From the IMG/VR virus record IMGVR_UViG_2541047119_000017: DNA of 4,264 nucleotides; one strand, 5' to 3'. Both the position numbers and the translations under genes were made by a program. The stretch comes from a virus. Its lineage: Duplodnaviria; Heunggongvirae; Uroviricota; Caudoviricetes. The notes under the pieces were generated by a model. It ran no database searches and had not been told where the DNA came from. It saw only the letters and a program-made list of their open reading frames with translations. Below are positions 1 through 4,264 of this stretch, one piece after another (the first letter of the stretch is position 1; each line of letters starts with the position of its first letter).

Positions 1-209
1 TATGTAATCATTCTGGCAATGCTTAATGCCGCTGCTTTTTCCAGATTGGTGATATCCTGCTCCAGAGCGGACAGATTTTCAGCCTGCTTAGCCCTGGCTT
101 CATTGGCCCATTTCAGGTCCTGCACCGCCTTAATTTTCTGGTGCATCCACTCATAAAGTTCATCATCGGTATAGTCTGGCGCGATGATGACGGGGTCTCG
201 TTTCTGCAT
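1..209 (-). CDS. Hypothetical protein, N-terminal part only (start codon at 209..207, gene continues past the window start); predicted helical/coiled-coil-like sequence
   Basis: Minus-strand ATG at 209..207 preceded by an AAGGAG Shine-Dalgarno (plus-strand CTCCTT at 215..220, 5-nt spacer). The frame stays open for 69 codons to the window edge (MQKRDPVIIAPDYTDDELYEWMHQKIKAVQDLKWANEARAKQAENLSALEQDITNLEKAAALSIARMIT). All three plus-strand frames in 1..209 are closed by early stops. Not in the supplied ORF track because it runs off the window. Confidence 0.55.
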   Translation of the reverse strand, partial: MQKRDPVIIAPDYTDDELYEWMHQKIKAVQDLKWANEARAKQAENLSALEQDITNLEKAAALSIARMIT

Positions 210-281
210 GTCGGCTCCTTGTGGTTAGCGTTGCCTGCTTTTTAACCACGTCAGGCGAGGTGGTATCCTCTGAGGGGTCTG

Positions 282-581
282 TTACTCGAGAGGAAATTGG
301 TTATGAATACAATCAAGTTTTCTTGCCCAGAATGTGGTGGCTAAGTCTTTGACACATCCTTTAAGCCGCAGGGCTCTGACAGTTTCGCGGGAGCCATCTG
401 CAAAAATTGTGGTCACCTTGTAACTGAAGATGAGTCCTCGCAGTTCGATGACGAAATCGTTGACAATATCTTCGGTGCACTCACCAGAGACTTTCTGAAG
501 TAAAGGCGCATACCGCTTAGTTACCGCTCTGATAACTCTTACCTGTCCGGCAATGGCGCTGATATCAATATAAAGCGCCAT
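282..581 (-). CDS. Hypothetical protein (99 aa), leftward early-operon cargo of unknown function
   Basis: Only uninterrupted ORF over 282..581 in any frame; no long plus-strand ORF competes. It lies downstream of and on the same strand as the repressor gene, where Qin carries the ydfABC-dicF-dicB cassette. Weak points: no convincing Shine-Dalgarno upstream of the ATG (AAAGAAACAGCG), and I do not recognise the protein. Confidence 0.4.
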   Translation of the reverse strand: MALYIDISAIAGQVRVIRAVTKRYAPLLQKVSGECTEDIVNDFVIELRGLIFSYKVTTIFADGSRETVRALRLKGCVKDLATTFWARKLDCIHNQFPLE

Positions 582-716
582 CGCTGTTTCTTTGCTGATC
601 CCTGGACGCCTTCCATTCTGATGTTTGACTCGCCCACTGAGAAATCCTCTGCTTCCCCTTAACGCCGGGTAGCGGAACTGTTTGCTGAGAACACCGTGCG
701 GTGTCTTGATGAGTAG

Positions 717-746
717 AATTTAGAATAGCCTAAGAGTTATGGTCAA
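717..746 (-). promoter_or_regulatory. Putative pL-like leftward promoter with overlapping operator (OL-like)
   Basis: Minus strand: -35 TTGACC (plus 741..746), 18-bp spacer, -10 TAAATT (plus 717..722). The spacer contains TTAG-aatagc-CTAA (720..733), the same TTAG-N6-CTAA motif seen three times between the repressor and cro-like genes. A second, imperfect copy gTAG-aaaaac-CTAA lies at 756..769. Confidence 0.3.
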
Positions 747-781
747 GCTTTTTGTGTAGAAAAACCTAAGCTTCTTGATGT

Positions 782-810
782 AAAAAACACAAGTATTTGA
801 AAGTTTGTGC
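782..810 (-). terminator. Weak candidate intrinsic terminator downstream of the repressor gene
   Basis: Minus-strand RNA would read gCACAA-acuuucaaauac-UUGUG-UUUUUU: a 5-bp stem (plus one G-U pair), a 12-nt loop and a 6-U tract, about 35 nt after the repressor stop. The stem is short and AT-rich, so this is tentative. Confidence 0.2.
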
Positions 811-844
811 TTTTTATTACAGAGAGTTGCGAAAAAAAGGGGGG

Positions 845-1252
845 TTATTTATTTGCGCTTCTTTTGCGAGCTTTGAGTAGTTCTTCAAAAAGTTTGTTGA
901 AATTCTCAACTCGAGCACGCATCTCTGACAACAGAGCCTTTTGCTCTGACTCAGGCAGTGCGTCGAACAGTTGAAGCAACTCTTTTTGATCTTCTGTCAG
1001 ATTGACTGGCTGATTATCTGGGATCGGTTCGCCTGGTTGCTTATCTTCATCTCCAAAAAGAAGCCAAGTCGGCGAGCACTGAAGCGCCTGGCTCAGTGCG
1101 AATAATCTCTTCCCCGCTGGCTGTGTTTCATCTCTTTCCCATTGAGAAATTGTTACGTGAGCCACTTTGACCAGCTTACCTAATGCGGCCTGAGACAGTT
1201 TTAATTTTTTTCGCCTGTATAAGAGGCGAGCACCGAAGGTTTCGTTTTTCAT
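845..1252 (-). CDS. dicA: DicA-like HTH (XRE/cI-type) prophage repressor, 135 aa
   Basis: ORF 845..1252 (minus). N-terminal HTH signature (LSQAALGKLVKVAHVTISQWERDETQPAGKRLFALSQALQCSPTWLLFGDE) and C-terminal segment (LPESEQ...EMRARVENFNKLFEELLKARKR) closely match my recollection of E. coli Qin DicA (135 aa). Divergent from a cro-like gene across an operator region. No Shine-Dalgarno upstream of the ATG; see the finding on a leaderless transcript. Confidence 0.9.
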   Translation of the reverse strand: MKNETFGARLLYRRKKLKLSQAALGKLVKVAHVTISQWERDETQPAGKRLFALSQALQCSPTWLLFGDEDKQPGEPIPDNQPVNLTEDQKELLQLFDALPESEQKALLSEMRARVENFNKLFEELLKARKRSANK

Positions 1253-1328
1253 ATTAGGTAATTCTAATTTTTCTTGACTTAGGTTTCTCTACGATCTAGT
1301 TTCCTTAGGAAAATCTAAGGGTTTCGAT
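1253..1328. promoter_or_regulatory. Divergent operator/promoter region of the immunity switch (three TTAG-N6-CTAA operator-like sites)
   Basis: O1 aTTAG-gtaatt-CTAAt (1253..1268), O2 cTTAG-gtttct-CTAc (1278..1292, one mismatch), O3 CCTTAG-gaaaat-CTAAGG (1303..1320), centre-to-centre spacing 25 to 26 bp. Plus-strand -35 TTGACT at 1274..1279 with a weak -10 TAGTTT at 1297..1302 for the cro-like gene. Minus-strand -10 TAGAAT (plus 1261..1266) inside O1, immediately upstream of the repressor ATG. Confidence 0.6.
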
Positions 1329-1556
1329 ATGTTGAAAATTGATGCTATAGCGTTTTTTGGCAGCAAAACAAAGCTTGCCAATGTCGCAGGAGTTAGGCTG
1401 GCAAGCGTTGCTGCATGGGGGGAACTGGTTCCTGAAGGTCGCGCGATGCGCCTGCAAGAGGCATCCGGCGGGGAACTTCAGTACGACCCCAAAGTTTATG
1501 ACGAATATCGTAAGGCAAAGCGGGCGGGGCGGTTGAACAATGAAAATCACCACTGA
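1329..1556 (+). CDS. dicC: DicC/Cro-like small DNA-binding regulator, 75 aa
   Basis: ORF 1329..1556 with AAGGG Shine-Dalgarno (1317..1321), 7-nt spacer. Divergent from the DicA-like repressor across the operator region, which is the cro position. Its size and position match DicC of Qin and YdaS-type Cro analogues. The family call is from context and recollection, not an alignment. Confidence 0.8.
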   Translation: MLKIDAIAFFGSKTKLANVAGVRLASVAAWGELVPEGRAMRLQEASGGELQYDPKVYDEYRKAKRAGRLNNENHH

Positions 1557-2091
1557 ACAGGTTTGTGAGGCTCTGGATACCTGGGTATGCCGACCAGGAA
1601 TGACACAGGAGCAGGCGACGATATTAATCACGGAAGCATTCTGGGCTCTGAAAGAACGCCCGAACATCGATGTTCAACGCGTCACGTTTAATGATGGCGA
1701 GGTTGATCAACGGGCGCTGGGCGTTAACCGGGTGAAGATATTCGAACGCTGGAAAGCTATCGACACCAGAGATAAGCGTGACAAATTCACGGCGCTGATT
1801 CCGGCAATTATGGAGGCTATCCGGATCAGCGATTTCAGATTGTATTGTGAAATTACTGACGGAAAAAGCATTACGTACATGATCGCCGGGTTAAACAAAG
1901 AATATGGCGATGTGGTGGAGTCCGGGCTGCTTTTTGCGGATCCAGTTGTTGTGGAACGTGAGACTGACGAGCTTATAGAAAAAGCTATTGCTTTCAAGCA
2001 CGCGTATCGTCAGCAATACCAATATTACTTTGCAGATAAACAAATGTCTGCCAGGGGGGCGTATGAGTATCGATGCACTACGATGGGCTAA
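1540..2091 (+). CDS. ydaT: YdaT-like protein (proposed functional analogue of CII in Rac/CP-933P-type prophages), 183 aa
   Basis: ORF 1540..2091, ATG overlapping the end of the cro-like gene by 17 nt, with a G-rich ribosome-binding region (GGGGCGG, 1523..1533). It occupies the cII position. The N-terminal MKI..E motif and the internal KFTALIPAIMEAI segment resemble what I recall of E. coli YdaT (MKI..., KIQKLIPAILAIL). Tentative family assignment. Confidence 0.65.
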   Translation: MKITTEQVCEALDTWVCRPGMTQEQATILITEAFWALKERPNIDVQRVTFNDGEVDQRALGVNRVKIFERWKAIDTRDKRDKFTALIPAIMEAIRISDFRLYCEITDGKSITYMIAGLNKEYGDVVESGLLFADPVVVERETDELIEKAIAFKHAYRQQYQYYFADKQMSARGAYEYRCTTMG

Positions 2092-3103
2092 AAAGGTGAA
2101 AACCGGCAGTTCATCCAGTAAGTCAGTATTGACCTGGCTTGCTGATATGTGCGGTGCCGATTTGTGTGCATACCCGTCTGTATCTGCACTGGCAGAAGTA
2201 ACGGAACTGAACAAAAAGACTGTGCAGGACAGCTTACGACACCTGATGGAGATTGGGTTAATTGTTGATACCGGTGAGAGAAAAGGCAGAACAAAGCAAA
2301 TTGTGGTGTACCGACTTATCGGTGTAGAAGAAAGTGTTGCCGAGCCTGAATACACCCAAAAACGGGAGTCTTTAAAGGTGGGTAAAATTGGTGCTGTTAA
2401 TAAAAACAGTACCGAAAATGGTTATGTTTCAGCACAAAACAGACCCAAAAACAGAACTCTTAGCTGCATGGAAAATAACCAAAGACACCCAAATTTTCCA
2501 TCAAAGACACCCAAAAACGGATCACGGAACCCAAAGGAACCCAAAGATCTAAACCCCACACATAACGCACGCGAGAGTGCTCCGACCAGTGAGCAGGAAG
2601 TTTTGTCGTTACAGGCAGCCCCCCCTGTATTCCTGTATGGCCTGAGCGAACCCATCGGAAAATTCCCGATGAGCGATAGCTGGTATCCGTCACGGGATTT
2701 TCGACGACGGGCTGCGTTGTGGGGGATGGCTTTGCCGGAGACAGAATTTACACCTGCTGAACTTGCCGCCTTCCGGGACTACTGGGCAGCGGAGGGGAAA
2801 GTGTTTACGCAGATTCAGTGGGAGCAGAAATTCGCCCGTCACGTAAATCACGTCAGGGCGCAGGTTAAACCAGTCAGCAAAGGGGTAAACCATGCAGCAG
2901 CACCAGGTGGCACCGCATCACGGGCAGTTCAGGAAATTCGGGCAGCACGTGAGCAGTGGGAACGTGAAAACGGATTTATCAGCAACGGAAACGGCCTGGA
3001 AGCTGTGGGAGCTCATGGGGGAGGTGTATTCGAACCGCTGGACTCAGAAGAACGGGGCCGCACCTTCGAAGCTCTGGATTGCCCAGATTGGTGCGATGAC
3101 TGA
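2063..3103 (+). CDS. Phage replication initiation protein (lambda O-like replisome organiser): N-terminal HTH domain plus C-terminal DnaT-like domain
   Basis: Long ORF 1988..3103; start preferred at ATG 2063 (MSIDALRWAKK...), which has an AGGGGGG Shine-Dalgarno at 2053..2059. The N-terminus (LRWAKKVKTGSSSSKSVLTWLADMCGADLCAYPSVSALAEVTELNKKTVQDSLRHLMEIGLI) is typical of phage replication-initiator HTH domains. The C-terminal region (WYPSRDFRRRAALWGMALPETEFTPAELAAFRDYWAAEGKVFTQIQWEQKFARHV) resembles the DnaT-type DNA-binding domain found in many enterobacterial prophage replication proteins. The two are joined by a low-complexity Pro/Lys/Asn-rich linker. Confidence 0.85.
   Translation: MSIDALRWAKKVKTGSSSSKSVLTWLADMCGADLCAYPSVSALAEVTELNKKTVQDSLRHLMEIGLIVDTGERKGRTKQIVVYRLIGVEESVAEPEYTQKRESLKVGKIGAVNKNSTENGYVSAQNRPKNRTLSCMENNQRHPNFPSKTPKNGSRNPKEPKDLNPTHNARESAPTSEQEVLSLQAAPPVFLYGLSEPIGKFPMSDSWYPSRDFRRRAALWGMALPETEFTPAELAAFRDYWAAEGKVFTQIQWEQKFARHVNHVRAQVKPVSKGVNHAAAPGGTASRAVQEIRAAREQWERENGFISNGNGLEAVGAHGGGVFEPLDSEERGRTFEALDCPDWCDD
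2436..2546. repeat. Iteron-like direct repeats inside the initiator gene (candidate origin of replication)
   Basis: CAAAGACACCCAAA occurs at 2480..2493 and 2502..2515 (22-bp period). A related AAAACAGACCCAAAAAC is at 2436..2452. A tandem 10-bp unit GAACCCAAAG is at 2527..2536 and 2537..2546. The CCCAAA core begins at 2444, 2488, 2510, 2530 and 2540, i.e. at multiples of roughly 10 to 11 bp. An AT-rich stretch lies just upstream (about 2391..2440). In lambda the ori iterons also lie in the middle of gene O. Confidence 0.5.
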
Positions 3104-3557
3104 ACAGCAAATCCGGCAGGTCTGCCGTCAGTGCATGGACCGCTGCCGGGCGGGTGAAACGTGGCCTCCGGACCTGGCTGAGTTTGTTGCGCTGATTTCG
3201 GAGAGTGGGGCAAATCCATTTGGTCTTACGGTGGATGCCGTGATGGAAGAGTACCGGCGCTGGCGCAATGAATCCTGGCGATACGACGGGAGTGATAAAT
3301 ACCCGTGGCCACAGCCGGTGCTGTACCACATTTGCCTCGAGATGCGTGACAGAGGGATTGAGCGGCAGATGACGGAAGGTGAGTTAAAACGACTTGCAGA
3401 ACGGCAACTGACGAAATGGGCAAAGCAAGTTGGTAACGGGATGAGTATTCCCCCGATCCGGAGACAACTCGCATCGCCGAAGTGCCCGCAAGGGCCAACG
3501 CCAATTGAATTACTGAAACAGGAATACGAGCGCCGGAAGGCGGCTGGTTTTGTTTGA
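2892..3557 (+). CDS. Lambda P-like replication protein (helicase loader), 221 aa
   Basis: ORF 2892..3557 with AAGGGG Shine-Dalgarno at 2880..2885 (6-nt spacer). Segments YPWPQPVLYHICLEMRDRGIERQMTEGELKRLAERQL and WPPDLAEFVALISESGANPFGL align by eye with lambda P (YPWKSNAHYWLVTNLYQNMRANALTDAELRRKAADEL and PSPGQFVAWCREEASVTAGLP). With this start the gene overlaps the initiator gene by 212 nt in another frame. Alternative in-frame starts at 3015 or 3096 would shorten the N-terminus. Confidence 0.8.
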   Translation: MQQHQVAPHHGQFRKFGQHVSSGNVKTDLSATETAWKLWELMGEVYSNRWTQKNGAAPSKLWIAQIGAMTEQQIRQVCRQCMDRCRAGETWPPDLAEFVALISESGANPFGLTVDAVMEEYRRWRNESWRYDGSDKYPWPQPVLYHICLEMRDRGIERQMTEGELKRLAERQLTKWAKQVGNGMSIPPIRRQLASPKCPQGPTPIELLKQEYERRKAAGFV

Positions 3558-3590
3558 ATCTGAGAAACGATTTTGTCGGAGGAAATTTTA

Positions 3591-4264
3591 ATGGAAACCG
3601 TATCTGACGCACTGAAAGCACTGAAAAAAGCCTCTTCACATGTGGTGGCAGCTCGCCTTGGAATCAGTCGTGAAGAGGCTGTCAACGAACTGTGGAAACT
3701 GAAGCGCCGTGGAGAAGCGGATAACAAGGGGGCGATATGGTGGCTGACTCAGGCTGGTGAAAGTGAACCGGTGTCACCGGTACCGAAAGTGACGGCGCAA
3801 ATGCTGACAGAGGCGATTGAACAACATGGCCCACAAACGGCGGATGAACTGGCATTGATGTTCGGAATTACCTCCCGCCGGGCGAATTCATCGCTGGCAA
3901 TGGCAATCAGCAAAGGGCGTCTGATTCGCGTGAATCAGGGCGGTAAATTTCGGTACTGCATACCGGGCGCTGATTTACCGGCAGAGCCGAAAGCCGCATC
4001 CATAACGGAAACGGATGGTAAAGCCTTTCCTCAGCCAGCAGGTGTTGCGTTACCAGTCGGGGAAGCGGAAACACAGGAAGAAATAAAAACGGAAAGTGTG
4101 GCGGTCACAGTGCAGTCACAGCCGTCGTTCACCAGAAAGCATCCGGATGGTCTGATTTTACCATCGCTGCATGTGGCTAACCGCGAGCTGCGCCGGGCAA
4201 AAGGTCAGGTTCAGAAGTGGGAGCGAGTCTGCGCCGCGCTGCGGGAAATTAATAAGCATCGTGA
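3591..4264 (+). CDS. Hypothetical prophage protein with two winged-helix-like modules (possibly DUF1627-type), N-terminal 224 codons; continues past the window end
   Basis: ATG at 3591 preceded by GGAGGAAA (3578..3585). The frame is open to the window end ([56 protein letters not shown]...[56 protein letters not shown]...). Not in the supplied ORF track because no stop lies inside the window. The family name is from memory of similarly placed prophage genes and is uncertain. Confidence 0.7.
   Translation, partial: METVSDALKALKKASSHVVAARLGISREEAVNELWKLKRRGEADNKGAIWWLTQAGESEPVSPVPKVTAQMLTEAIEQHGPQTADELALMFGITSRRANSSLAMAISKGRLIRVNQGGKFRYCIPGADLPAEPKAASITETDGKAFPQPAGVALPVGEAETQEEIKTESVAVTVQSQPSFTRKHPDGLILPSLHVANRELRRAKGQVQKWERVCAALREINKHR

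Larger units (their letters stand above)
1..4264. mobile_element. Segment of a lambdoid (Qin/Rac-like) prophage: immunity region plus replication module
   Basis: Gene order matches lambdoid early-region architecture: divergent cI-like and cro-like genes flanking an operator region, followed by CII-position, O-like and P-like genes. No integrase or attachment sites are in the window, so the element boundaries cannot be seen. Confidence 0.8.

Noticed and set aside
282-581. Possibility that the 99-aa ORF is an IS-element transposase fragment
   Set aside because: No terminal inverted repeats or target-site duplications are visible in the flanks, and I do not recognise any transposase motif in the protein.
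714-726. Tandem TAGAAT hexamers (714..719 and 721..726) as plus-strand -10 elements
   Set aside because: No acceptable -35 at 16 to 18 bp upstream on the plus strand, and a plus-strand transcript here would only read antisense into the repressor gene. The sequence is better explained as part of the minus-strand promoter/operator.
841-850. G-run/C-run followed by a T-run right at the repressor stop (minus strand CCCCCCTTTTTTT) as a terminator
   Set aside because: No complementary arm is present to form a stem, so it is not a canonical intrinsic terminator.
1305-1667. 120-aa minus-strand ORF antisense to the cro-like and YdaT-like genes
   Set aside because: Fully overlapped by plus-strand genes that have ribosome-binding sites, recognisable families and operon context. 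It would run through the operator region and has no start context of its own. Treated as a shadow ORF.
1988-2062. Upstream ATG at 1988 as the start of the initiator gene (371-aa version)
   Set aside because: It would add 25 residues (MLSSTRIVSNTNITLQINKCLPGGR) encoded entirely inside the YdaT-like gene, with no Shine-Dalgarno. The ATG at 2063 has a strong AGGGGGG ribosome-binding site and begins the conserved N-terminus.
1707-2355. Minus-strand ORFs 1707..1997, 1891..2355 and 2088..2294 antisense to the YdaT-like and initiator genes
   Set aside because: Shadow ORFs inside well-supported plus-strand coding sequence. Their products are low-complexity Ser/Thr/Ile-rich sequences typical of antisense frames, with no ribosome-binding sites.
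2422-2893. Minus-strand ORFs 2422..2655, 2460..2693 and 2690..2893
   Set aside because: They lie antisense to the initiator gene, partly over the iteron-like repeats. No independent support; treated as shadow ORFs.
2979-3727. Minus-strand ORFs 2979..3329, 3013..3219, 3128..3727 and 3226..3639
   Set aside because: Antisense to the P-like gene and the following gene. Arg/Ser/Pro-rich products typical of the reverse frame of GC-rich coding sequence; no start signals.
1-4264. CRISPR arrays, tRNA or rRNA genes
   Set aside because: No regularly spaced direct repeats with unique spacers, and no cloverleaf-compatible or rRNA-like segments. The window is essentially all protein-coding plus two regulatory gaps.

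Overview
This window reads as the immunity and early-right (replication) module of a lambdoid enterobacterial prophage of the DicA/DicC (Qin/Rac-like) type. From left to right: two minus-strand genes of unknown function in the leftward early operon (1..209 partial, 282..581), a 260-bp non-coding spacer with operator-like and promoter-like elements, a DicA-like cI-type repressor (845..1252, minus), a 76-bp divergent operator/promoter region with three TTAG-N6-CTAA sites, then a plus-strand operon of overlapping genes: DicC/Cro-like (1329..1556), YdaT-like CII analogue (1540..2091), an O-like replication initiator with a DnaT-like C-terminus (2063..3103) that carries iteron-like direct repeats inside its linker-coding region (putative ori), a lambda-P-like helicase loader (2892..3557), and the start of a gene with two winged-helix-like modules (3591..>4264). 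No tRNA, rRNA, CRISPR array or IS element is visible. All family assignments rest on my recollection of these protein families and on patterns read directly from the sequence; no database search was run. I do not see a clearly novel system here. The least understood parts are the two leftward cargo genes under presumed repressor control, the origin embedded in the initiator gene, and the unusually long out-of-frame O/P overlap.
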